Program-made: the position numbers and the translations under genes
Notes under the pieces: model-generated
Told to the model about the DNA's origin: nothing
The model's database searches: none
What the model saw: the letters and a program-made list of their open reading frames with translations, nothing else
Source of the DNA: an uncultured Candidatus Poseidoniales archaeon
Lineage (GTDB): Archaea; Thermoplasmatota; Poseidoniia; Poseidoniales; CAYMED01
Length of the DNA: 64,000 nucleotides
Assembly (NCBI GenBank): GCA_964389655.1
Contig: CAYMED010000001.1
Location: 39,770-103,769 of the forward strand
Direction: 5' to 3'
Shown here: positions 30,831-39,391 of the stretch, one piece after another
How the letters are laid out: the number at the start of each line of letters is the position of its first letter
How positions within the stretch are numbered: position 1 is the stretch's first letter

Positions 30831-32381
30831 ATGGCAAGGAAGAAAAAGCCCACATTAAAGGTGGAACTTCATCTTCCCAAAGATGACAAAACTGAATCAC
30901 GTTTTATCATAATATTGATCATATCCATGCTTGTTGCAATCGGCTTTTTTGGATTTTGGCTGACTAATTTCCTTCCTCACCCAAATGGTGAACCCATTTT
31001 CATCAATCTAGCATGCCAGCGAGATACCACTACACTTCCCACGTGGGAAATGAATAATTCATGTTCGCTTACACAGGACATGGCGTCCACTGAAGTTTGG
31101 ACCGATACAATCCTCTCGGTTGATAAGGGGCGTGGGCGAGGATTCTCGGTTCCAGGTGTTCCCGAATGGGAAGAAAGTCCTGGTTCTTTCCAACACCCCC
31201 CAATTGCGATACGGGGAACATGTAAGATTACATTATCCAATTTACCCACTTACTCGATGCGCATATTTCGTGCAGCAGATTATGATATTGGACGTCCTGC
31301 AGTAGAAATTGCTAGTGGTACATTTGAATCGGGAGAGCCTTGCCAAATTTCAGGAGAGATTACTGGTTTGGGGGTCGATGTTCCTGGTGAGGGTTATCGA
31401 ATTGAAATTGTACCTGAGCCTGGCTCGGAGATTTCCCGTGAGGCCGAGTTTACCATTGAGGTAGACACGTATGATGGTGTACCTGAAATGATGAATAATA
31501 AATCAAAATTTTTGGGTCCCGAAATAAACACAGGGATCATTAGCCTACGCCCATTTAATTTCCTTAATTGGTTTGCATTTGGGATGTTCACCCTTTTATT
31601 CCCTGCATCATTTTATTGGGACCGCGTTCAAAAGAAAACCGAAGCGATGGAAAATAAATTTCCAGATTTCCTTAGAGATCTTGCAGAATATTGGAAGGGT
31701 GGCTTATCAATGACAGTTGCAGTTCAGACACTTACCACCGCTGAATATGGAGCATTGAATGATGAGGTTAAGAAGATGTCAGATCAAATTTCATGGGGTG
31801 TTGCATTTGAGAATGTACTTCTCCTTTTTGCCGACCGTGTTGGTACCCCCCTCGTTCGTCGTGCAATTTCATTGATTTGTGAGGCTAATCGTGCCGGAGG
31901 AAAAATCTCAGATATCTTGGTTACTGCAGCAAATGATACCCGTGAAATTAAATTCTTAGAGCAAGAGCGAATTCGCGCAATTGCCTCGTATAAGGCAGTT
32001 ATTTGGACTTCATACTTTGTGTTCTTAGGGGTAATTGTTGTTCTCGCTAAAGTCTTCATTCCTGCTATTGCGAGCAGCAATTCTAGCGGCGAGAGCGAAT
32101 CAATTGGTGCGATGACAATTAAATCAGTTGAACCATTGTTTTTCCTTACTGTGTTCTTTTATGGTGTTACGATGCAAGCAGTAGGAAATGGTGCAATGGC
32201 GGGGATAATGGCTACAGGGCGCATCTCTTCTGGCTTCAGAATCTCTGGAATGATGATTCTCGTTGCTCTGTTATCATTCAATCTCGTGGCATTTTCTCCA
32301 GATTTGATGGGTGTACCCATACCTAGAGGACTAAGTCCTGATCTTGGCGGTTATGAGACAACAGCATTTGTAGGTGGTTAA
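30831..32381 (+). CDS. Type IV pilus platform protein (TadC, T2SSF) with a large N-terminal inserted domain
   Basis: FPDFLRDLAE, YGALNDEV, QISWG, AGGKISDIL, GNGAMAG in the C-terminal half. Confidence 0.88.
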   Translation: MARKKKPTLKVELHLPKDDKTESRFIIILIISMLVAIGFFGFWLTNFLPHPNGEPIFINLACQRDTTTLPTWEMNNSCSLTQDMASTEVWTDTILSVDKGRGRGFSVPGVPEWEESPGSFQHPPIAIRGTCKITLSNLPTYSMRIFRAADYDIGRPAVEIASGTFESGEPCQISGEITGLGVDVPGEGYRIEIVPEPGSEISREAEFTIEVDTYDGVPEMMNNKSKFLGPEINTGIISLRPFNFLNWFAFGMFTLLFPASFYWDRVQKKTEAMENKFPDFLRDLAEYWKGGLSMTVAVQTLTTAEYGALNDEVKKMSDQISWGVAFENVLLLFADRVGTPLVRRAISLICEANRAGGKISDILVTAANDTREIKFLEQERIRAIASYKAVIWTSYFVFLGVIVVLAKVFIPAIASSNSSGESESIGAMTIKSVEPLFFLTVFFYGVTMQAVGNGAMAGIMATGRISSGFRISGMMILVALLSFNLVAFSPDLMGVPIPRGLSPDLGGYETTAFVGG

Positions 32382-32831
32382 ATGGGACCGCTCCGGTCCG
32401 ATGAGGAAGGGCAGGTTCACATTCTTGAGATGATTACCCTTTTCTGGCTCTTTTTTATGAGTGCAGCATTCATCTTGAAAATACAAATCCCCGACCCAGC
32501 GTCTCCTGCGGCAGATGCGGGTTTGGAGATCGTTGCTAGAGACACCATCAGTTTTGTTCTCTCAGACGGCCCGAGTGTGAATCAAAGTAGCGTTCACCAT
32601 TCACTTGGCATGGGAGACCGAAATGCTGCTTGTGCAACTGTTATGGAAGCACTTCCGGTGCAGTATGACGGAAATTGTTGGTTGTCGCTTGACATTGAAT
32701 GGCCACAAGTAGTTGGAAATTACGCTGAGCCAATTGGCCGTAGTTCCAGTACTCATCGGCTAGTTGTCGTCGATGAAGATGTCTGGACTCTGTCTCTTCA
32801 AGTTTGGGCACTTGGGGGGGGAGTGTCTTGA
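32382..32831 (+). CDS. Putative pilin (class III signal peptide)
   Basis: MGPLRSDEEG|QVHILE followed by a hydrophobic helix; lies in the pilus operon. Confidence 0.7.
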   Translation: MGPLRSDEEGQVHILEMITLFWLFFMSAAFILKIQIPDPASPAADAGLEIVARDTISFVLSDGPSVNQSSVHHSLGMGDRNAACATVMEALPVQYDGNCWLSLDIEWPQVVGNYAEPIGRSSSTHRLVVVDEDVWTLSLQVWALGGGVS

Positions 32832-33259
32832 AACGGACTATACACGAGGACGAAGATGCGCAGATGTTGCTGGCAACCGGTATGGTATTGCTCATGTCAC
32901 TTCTTTCAATGGTATTGCTTAGCCTTCAGTATGTTAGCATGGGTGAGCCCTATGACCCTTCACCTCGTGAAGCACTACGATGTTCCGATGAAATACAGAA
33001 ACAATTTCCACATCTGATTGAGGTGCGTGCATCTGAACTAATTCAGGCAGGTTCTGATGAAAGATCAGCGATTTGGGCGGCATTGAATTCGAGTGCATCT
33101 GACCTGAACCATCATGGAGAAATTAGGGGGATTGATGTAGCACTTCTTGATTCGACCGTGGATAATGAAGGAGGCGCTTGGAGAATCCAGTCTTCATTAG
33201 GTGTGGCGGATGACACGATACGCCTTGAAGTTCCCCTCTCGATCATTATTGACCTATGA
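32828..33259 (+). CDS. Putative pilin (class III signal peptide)
   Basis: KRTIHEDEDA|QMLLATG followed by a hydrophobic helix; TTG start overlaps the previous stop. Confidence 0.65.
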   Translation: MKRTIHEDEDAQMLLATGMVLLMSLLSMVLLSLQYVSMGEPYDPSPREALRCSDEIQKQFPHLIEVRASELIQAGSDERSAIWAALNSSASDLNHHGEIRGIDVALLDSTVDNEGGAWRIQSSLGVADDTIRLEVPLSIIIDL

Positions 33260-33299
33260 CCTCCGCTTGTCTTTTCTCCTATACTGCTTCCGGTAGAGT

Positions 33300-34718
33300 A
33301 TGGACGTGCGTGATTGTCTGTATATAGATGGCCAATGGACTAAGCCCCATGGGAGGAACAGCATCGATGTTGTGAACCCAGCGACTGAACAAATCATTGG
33401 TGCAGTTCCTGCTGGAAATATTGATGACATCAATGATGCAGTATCGGCATCGAAAACGGCATTTCTGACATGGTCTAAAAGCCCATTAGCAGACCGGATC
33501 CAAATATTGAATGGCCTTTCAACAATATTCAAGCAGCGCACTGATGAAATTGCAGAACTTATTACTTCAGAAGTGGGAACCCCCCTCGGTTTTAGCCGCA
33601 TGGCGATGGTCGGAACTCCGCGTGTAGTTTCACGTTCCTATGCAAAAATTCTAGAGAATTTTTCGTTTGAAGAACAAGTGTATAATTCTCTAGTGATCAA
33701 GGAACCAGTTGGGGTGTGTGCACTGATTACTCCTTGGAATTATCCTCTCCACCAGATTATTGGGAAAGTTGCACCTGCGATTGCAGCTGGTTGCACTATG
33801 ATTCTAAAGCCCTCAAAAGAAGCACCATTGAATGCATTCTTGCTAGCTGAGATTCTAGACGAACTTGGCTTGCCAAGTGGGGTATTCAACCTCGTGAGTG
33901 GCCATGGAAGCGATATTGGCGATGCTCTTGCTAAGCATCAAGATGTGGACATGGTGTCATTCACGGGATCCACAGTGGCTGGTGTCAAAGTTAGCAAATC
34001 CGCTGCCCCCACTATTAAGCGAGTAACTCTTGAATTAGGCGGCAAAAGTGCGAACGTTGTTCTCGATGAAGGGAGCGCGATCCGTGCAGCAAAGAGTTCT
34101 ATAAGTGCTTGTTTCTCTAACTCTGGACAAACATGTTCAGCATTAACCCGGCTCATTATCCCTGCAGGATGCAGGGATGAGGTGATCGAAATAGTCACTC
34201 AGCGGGTGAATGGATATCGTGCAGGTGACCCAATGGATGAAAACACCAAGTGTGGCCCGATGATCTCTGCCCGGCAACAGGAAATTGTAACTGAATACAT
34301 CCAAAGTGGAATTGATGAGGGCGCAAATCTGATCGCTGGTGGGCTTGGGATGCCTGATGGGTTAGAGAAGGGATTCTATGTTAGGCCCACGGCATTTGCT
34401 GACGTGTCGTCTGATATGCGAATATGGAGGGAGGAGATTTTTGGACCAGTATTGGTTATCTCAACTTATGAATCCGAAGAGGAGGCTCTTACTTTGGCTA
34501 ATGATTCCCACTATGGGCTTTCAGGGTGTGTGTGGTCTGAAGATGAAGAGATTGCCCTCAACTTTGCTCGAGGCATGCGAACCGGCCAAGTCAGCATCAA
34601 TGGTGGCCCCTTTAACATAAGTGCGCCATTTGGTGGATACAAGATGTCAGGTAATGGCCGAGAGTTAGGGGTACACGGTTTAACCGAATTTCTTGAATTA
34701 AAATCTATTCAAATGTGA
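33300..34718 (+). CDS. NAD(P)-dependent aldehyde dehydrogenase
   Basis: ITPWNYP, FTGST, LELGGKS, NSGQTCSA, EEIFGPV, PFGGYK. Confidence 0.95.
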   Translation: MDVRDCLYIDGQWTKPHGRNSIDVVNPATEQIIGAVPAGNIDDINDAVSASKTAFLTWSKSPLADRIQILNGLSTIFKQRTDEIAELITSEVGTPLGFSRMAMVGTPRVVSRSYAKILENFSFEEQVYNSLVIKEPVGVCALITPWNYPLHQIIGKVAPAIAAGCTMILKPSKEAPLNAFLLAEILDELGLPSGVFNLVSGHGSDIGDALAKHQDVDMVSFTGSTVAGVKVSKSAAPTIKRVTLELGGKSANVVLDEGSAIRAAKSSISACFSNSGQTCSALTRLIIPAGCRDEVIEIVTQRVNGYRAGDPMDENTKCGPMISARQQEIVTEYIQSGIDEGANLIAGGLGMPDGLEKGFYVRPTAFADVSSDMRIWREEIFGPVLVISTYESEEEALTLANDSHYGLSGCVWSEDEEIALNFARGMRTGQVSINGGPFNISAPFGGYKMSGNGRELGVHGLTEFLELKSIQM

Positions 34719-35510
34719 GTGGTGAATTTAATGGAAGTTGAACTGCAGACCATCGAAGGTGGCCTTGCTCTTCTTACTTTACCTTCAACAGGGCACTCAA
34801 ATGCGCTTACAGGATCTTCTATGGATGCCATTATCGATACGCTGCAGGCACTCAATGATGACCCCAATATCCGTGCAGTGATCTTGACAGGGAAGGGGCG
34901 AATTTTCTGTACGGGTGCAGATATTGATGCAATCAAAGAGTCCTTGGACGAAGGAAATATTGAATCTCATGTCCGACATCTTACAGATCGTCTTCACCCC
35001 ATGCTGATCAAGATGGCCTCATCTTCCACGGTTTATGTTGCAGCGGTCAATGGAAGTGCGGCGGGAGGGGGGCTTGGCCTTGCCTTAGCCTGTGACTTCC
35101 GGATTTCGACCGCAGATGCACGAATTGGTTCAGCTTACTTCAGCATCGGTTTGAGCCCAGATGGTGGGTCGACTTACTTCTTGCCTAGGCTAATTGGAAT
35201 GTCAACCACGCGACGTTTCTTGTTTGAGAAAGAAGTATTGACTGGGTCAGAAGCATATGCTTATGGCCTCGTGGATGAGATTGTTGAACCAGAATTTTTA
35301 CTTCAGCATTCAGTTAAAAAGGCAAAATTATGGTCTCAACACCCTCCCCATCTTGTTCAAGCGACAAAATCTCTGTTACGGTCAACATGGGATGTGGATA
35401 TGGGTGAACAACTCAGCCGCGAGCAATCCCTCATTGTTGCATCAGCAAGTAACCCTCATTTTGAGAAATGTGTCAAAGCCTTTCTTGGCAGAAGGAAAAA
35501 CAAGTCATAA
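34719..35510 (+). CDS. Enoyl-CoA hydratase/isomerase, PaaG-like
   Basis: FCTGADI, AAGGGLGLALACD, IGLSPDGGSTYFLPRL. It lacks the two crotonase Glu residues and has the PaaG-type Asp in PDGG. Confidence 0.82.
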   Translation: MVNLMEVELQTIEGGLALLTLPSTGHSNALTGSSMDAIIDTLQALNDDPNIRAVILTGKGRIFCTGADIDAIKESLDEGNIESHVRHLTDRLHPMLIKMASSSTVYVAAVNGSAAGGGLGLALACDFRISTADARIGSAYFSIGLSPDGGSTYFLPRLIGMSTTRRFLFEKEVLTGSEAYAYGLVDEIVEPEFLLQHSVKKAKLWSQHPPHLVQATKSLLRSTWDVDMGEQLSREQSLIVASASNPHFEKCVKAFLGRRKNKS

Positions 35511-36389
35511 ATGTAAGCGATCAATTTTTCCATCGTCATTCCACTCATAGATTCCCTTTCCACTTTTCTTGCCCAAATCACCTTTAGCGACAAGTTCTTT
35601 CAATAGGGGATGGGGTTCGTAAGAAGGGTCTTGAAAAGAATCTCGTAGATTTTCTAATATGTGCATGCGAACATCTAATCCAACCAAATCAGTCAATTCA
35701 AGCGGACCCATCGGATGCCGATATCCAAGCTTCATGGCCGTATCAATATCTGATGCTGAAGCGACACCATCAGCAAGCATGCGGATTGCTTCATTTCCTA
35801 ATATTACTCCAAGGCGGCTTGTTGCAAAACCAGGCATATCTTTGACTAGTATTGTTGTTTTCCCCATAGTAGTTCCTGCCAATTTTGCTAATGCAATAGT
35901 ATCTTCAGAACATAAATCATGTTTTACTAATTCAAGCAATTTCATTATAGGGACCGGGTTAAAAAAATGCATTCCAATGACTTTGTCAGGCCTTCCTGAA
36001 GCAGCAGCAATGTCGGCAATTGATAGGGAGGATGTATTTGTTCCTAAGAGGCAATCATCTTTTGTCTCTTCACCAAGAACATGAAAAATGCTTGCTTTGA
36101 TTTGAAGTACTTCAGGAACGGCTTCAATTACCATATCGGCATCTCTTACAGCAGCAACCATGTCTGAGAACGGATGAAGATTAGAGCTCCACTCTTTTTT
36201 CTGTTCTGGAGTTGTTTTACCACGTGCAATTCCTTTTTCCCAAAAAGCGTCAATAGCATTCATTCCTTTGTCTAACCCCTCTGAATATGCATCAAACAAA
36301 TTGGTTTTCCAACCTGCTTGTGCTGATACTTGTGCGATCCCAGCACCCATTGTCCCCGCACCAATAACAGCAACGCGCTGAATGTCCAT
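35505..36389 (-). CDS. 3-hydroxyacyl-CoA dehydrogenase (PaaH/Hbd family)
   Basis: GAGTMGAGIA, IEAVPE, TNTSS, GMHFFNP, PGF, HPMGPLEL. Confidence 0.94.
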   Translation of the reverse strand: MDIQRVAVIGAGTMGAGIAQVSAQAGWKTNLFDAYSEGLDKGMNAIDAFWEKGIARGKTTPEQKKEWSSNLHPFSDMVAAVRDADMVIEAVPEVLQIKASIFHVLGEETKDDCLLGTNTSSLSIADIAAASGRPDKVIGMHFFNPVPIMKLLELVKHDLCSEDTIALAKLAGTTMGKTTILVKDMPGFATSRLGVILGNEAIRMLADGVASASDIDTAMKLGYRHPMGPLELTDLVGLDVRMHILENLRDSFQDPSYEPHPLLKELVAKGDLGKKSGKGIYEWNDDGKIDRLHL

Positions 36390-36436
36390 GGGTTCTCGAA
36401 TAGGTGGGGGTTGAAATCGATTCGCACGAGTCGTTT

Positions 36437-37390
36437 CTAATTTTCCGTTCTTTTGAAATCCCTGCCATTTCCATCACTGCTGGCTAGAGTAACTCCACTG
36501 ACAATTAGTGCGAAAGAAACAAGCAGAGACCATCCAAACTTTTCTCCAAGGAGTAACCAACCAAAAAAAATTCCGAAGAGTGGAACAAGGTAAACGTACA
36601 GGGCAGCCTGTGCTGCACCGATGTCACGTACTCCGTCTGCAAACCAAACATATGAGATGACAGTAGAGATGACAGCAAGGAAAAGAATCGAAACCCATGT
36701 GATTTGAGAAATAACAGGGATCCCGAATTGAATTGTTTCCCAACTGGCCCATGGTGTAAGCAAAACTAACCCAATCAAAGATGCCCAGGCGGTTAATTCC
36801 AATGGCGTCATTGCATTTTGCCCACTTTCATCACCCACATCCAGTGCTTTTTTCATAAAAATTGTCGAACAAGCCCATGCAAATGCCCCTCCTGCAATCA
36901 ATGCATCTCCCCAAAGTCTCTCATTTAGGGGCAGATCAATGTTTGGACTTTTGTTAGCAATGACTGCAATTCCTAAGATACCTAGGACAATGCCTCCCAT
37001 GAGCCGTGGCGTCATTTTTTCTCCAAGAAATGGTATTGCTAGTATTGCAGTGAAAAGTGGGTTAAATGTGATCACAAGTGATGCATCACCGGCAGCGGTC
37101 CATCGCATACCAAACATAAACAATACTTGGTACAAAAACGCTCCAAAAAATCCAATCGATGCAATTTGAAACCATTCTTTTTGGTTTGGTATTCGTAATT
37201 CATTTCGCCATTCTAACCAGATTATGAAGAGGGGAACTGCAATTGCGTACCTCAACCAAGCGCCAGTAACTGGTGGGATATCCAATGCCAACCACCTCCC
37301 TGCGGCCCATGCAGCACCCCATGTGGCAGCGACAAAGAGCAATTTTGCATGTGTGGTTAATGGGCGTGGGGAGTCGCCACGTACATTCAC
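36437..37390 (-). CDS. DMT/EamA family transporter
   Basis: Ten TM helices in two EamA repeats (WG..., LGE motifs). Confidence 0.9.
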   Translation of the reverse strand: MNVRGDSPRPLTTHAKLLFVAATWGAAWAAGRWLALDIPPVTGAWLRYAIAVPLFIIWLEWRNELRIPNQKEWFQIASIGFFGAFLYQVLFMFGMRWTAAGDASLVITFNPLFTAILAIPFLGEKMTPRLMGGIVLGILGIAVIANKSPNIDLPLNERLWGDALIAGGAFAWACSTIFMKKALDVGDESGQNAMTPLELTAWASLIGLVLLTPWASWETIQFGIPVISQITWVSILFLAVISTVISYVWFADGVRDIGAAQAALYVYLVPLFGIFFGWLLLGEKFGWSLLVSFALIVSGVTLASSDGNGRDFKRTEN

Positions 37391-37436
37391 GACCTTGGGA
37401 GTGAATGAGGGGTGTTAATGTGAGTTGCCGTGCGTC

Positions 37437-37982
37437 TTAATCGACGTGAGCCCATTGCGCTAGTCCAATTTCAATGATGCGTTGTCTTGGCAAAGATAAT
37501 TCAGGTAATGCGTTTGCATGTGCGTATTCTATGAGTCCTTCTATTTGCATTACATAAATTCCATAGGATGCAATATCATATGGGTCCCATGATGTCTCAA
37601 GGCCAAGTTTAGCCAACCCTTTACATGCCATTGGTGAATAAATCGGGTAAACCAGACTTGTGAAATGCAACCAGTGGCTTAATCTGGTCACATCCATATT
37701 ATCAATCGAAAGCAATTTTTCAGCTAATGCTACATCTGGATAACGAAGTGTATCAAGTACAACTAATATCTCAAGTAGGATGCTTTCATCCCAACTCGTA
37801 TCTGCACGTCCCATCCATTCATCGATCAGTTTGAGATGGCTTTCTCTAGCTGGCTTTTCTACTTTGTACAGCAAGGCTTCATAGGTGTGATCTCTTACTG
37901 AATTTACAATTATGTTTGGCAAAAAATCAAAGAATTTCTTGCCTTTATCTATGTTGATTCTTTGCAGAAAGAGGGGGATCAT
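37437..37982 (-). CDS. Hypothetical protein downstream of the boxB-like gene
   Basis: 181-aa ORF with a GAGGGTG RBS-like element, starting 22 nt after the boxB stop. Confidence 0.7.
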   Translation of the reverse strand: MIPLFLQRINIDKGKKFFDFLPNIIVNSVRDHTYEALLYKVEKPARESHLKLIDEWMGRADTSWDESILLEILVVLDTLRYPDVALAEKLLSIDNMDVTRLSHWLHFTSLVYPIYSPMACKGLAKLGLETSWDPYDIASYGIYVMQIEGLIEYAHANALPELSLPRQRIIEIGLAQWAHVD

Positions 37983-38004
37983 TGTACACCCTCATTGGTA
38001 TATA

Positions 38005-39168
38005 CTATGCTGATACGCTCCCAATGCCAGATTCGATCATCATCCTAGTTGGGGCGCGAAATTCAATCCACTCTTGTTCAAAGATCTCTTTCAGTTCCTC
38101 TTCGTCCTGATCTGTTGGTAACAATTTAGCAAGGTACGATTCCCATTCCTGTTCTGAACCATCAAAAGCCACACCCTCGACAGTGAATCTCTCACCAGCA
38201 CATGAACCAATCTCTCGATTGAAGTTTTCATGTGCGACGTAGAGGGGGGCAGCATCTTCGGGTAAGAGACCATTCATCTTGTTAACTTCCCCTACTATCT
38301 CATCGTGGTAATGTCCTCGACTTTCCTCATTGAGATATTCTTTTGCCACATCTTCTCCATTCTCAAGTTTGACCCGTTCATCCCAGCGGCCCTTAATTCC
38401 CCAGACATAGGCCCATTCAGCTGAAGTTGAGGTATCTGTACCAAACAAGTCGTGTGCTGTTGATACCCATTTGTTAAAGTATCTCTGTAACATGTCCAAG
38501 GGGATGATTCCTGCCTTGATGATTCGGCGCAAGCCATTAGCTCCTGTTCCTAGGTGGAACGATTCTTCCTTGAGCATTGGACCCATGCTTGCGGCCAATG
38601 GCTTGAAGCCAGAGGTAGATAGCATGCCAAGTTGAAATTTACCATCTCTGTCAATGAACATCGTGTAGCAGAAGAAGTCGAGCCAATGTGGCATCAAACG
38701 GTTGAATGCACCCAGTAATCGGCTGCCATCTTGGGCGTTTCTCTCCAAGAGTTTCTGTGCTTCTCTAGCTCCCTGCTGTCCGAAATATGTCATCAAAAGA
38801 TAGCACATTTGCCAACCGTGGCGCTGTTCTTCTGCCATGATTCTAGCAGCAGCATAACGGTCATACTCAGTCGGTGCGGTCTCCAACAAGTGCTTCTGTT
38901 GTTCAACACTGGCAAATTCGGTGTCTCCTTGAACAGTGATCATAGAGAGAAGGCCATCCCTAATGTTCTGGTGTGGGATCTGAAGGGATCGATCCCACTT
39001 TGGCCTACCTTTGTAATCACCGAATTCAATGAAATCTCCTGCCCTTTCCCAATCAAATTTGATGGATAAGTCAAAATCTCCAATCCACTCTCGCTTGAAA
39101 CCTATGCGTTCTTGCCACTCATTGAAGTTCTCTACCCAGTCATCGAAGGTAACTGGCAACTGACCCAT
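38005..39168 (-). CDS. boxB: BoxB-like aryl-CoA epoxidase (ferritin-like diiron, BoxB/PaaA family)
   Basis: QGDTEFASVEQQ, EEQRH, YFG, LLER, GAFN, WLDFF, DRDGKFQL, PLA, EESFH; start at ATG 39168 with GGAGGT directly upstream. Confidence 0.82.
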   Translation of the reverse strand: MGQLPVTFDDWVENFNEWQERIGFKREWIGDFDLSIKFDWERAGDFIEFGDYKGRPKWDRSLQIPHQNIRDGLLSMITVQGDTEFASVEQQKHLLETAPTEYDRYAAARIMAEEQRHGWQMCYLLMTYFGQQGAREAQKLLERNAQDGSRLLGAFNRLMPHWLDFFCYTMFIDRDGKFQLGMLSTSGFKPLAASMGPMLKEESFHLGTGANGLRRIIKAGIIPLDMLQRYFNKWVSTAHDLFGTDTSTSAEWAYVWGIKGRWDERVKLENGEDVAKEYLNEESRGHYHDEIVGEVNKMNGLLPEDAAPLYVAHENFNREIGSCAGERFTVEGVAFDGSEQEWESYLAKLLPTDQDEEELKEIFEQEWIEFRAPTRMMIESGIGSVSA

Positions 39169-39391
39169 ACCTCCCCGAGAAGTGACACACGCATCAATCT
39201 CTCCCTTATCTGATCGCCCATTCAATTGGGCTAAATATTCGAACATCATCAAGATGGTTACATATTATTTTGTGTTTTGTGAGGTGGATTATCTGACAAA
39301 TAGTTGATCTTGATATTCAACTAATTTCGAGATATTGCAGAGGCTGATACGCCGAGGTGATACGTGGATGTTCGGGTGTATCTTAGGCAGC

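Noticed and set aside
28254-33259. Archaellum (flagellar) operon
   Set aside because: No flaH/F/G or archaellins, and two separate TadB/TadC genes indicate a pilus.
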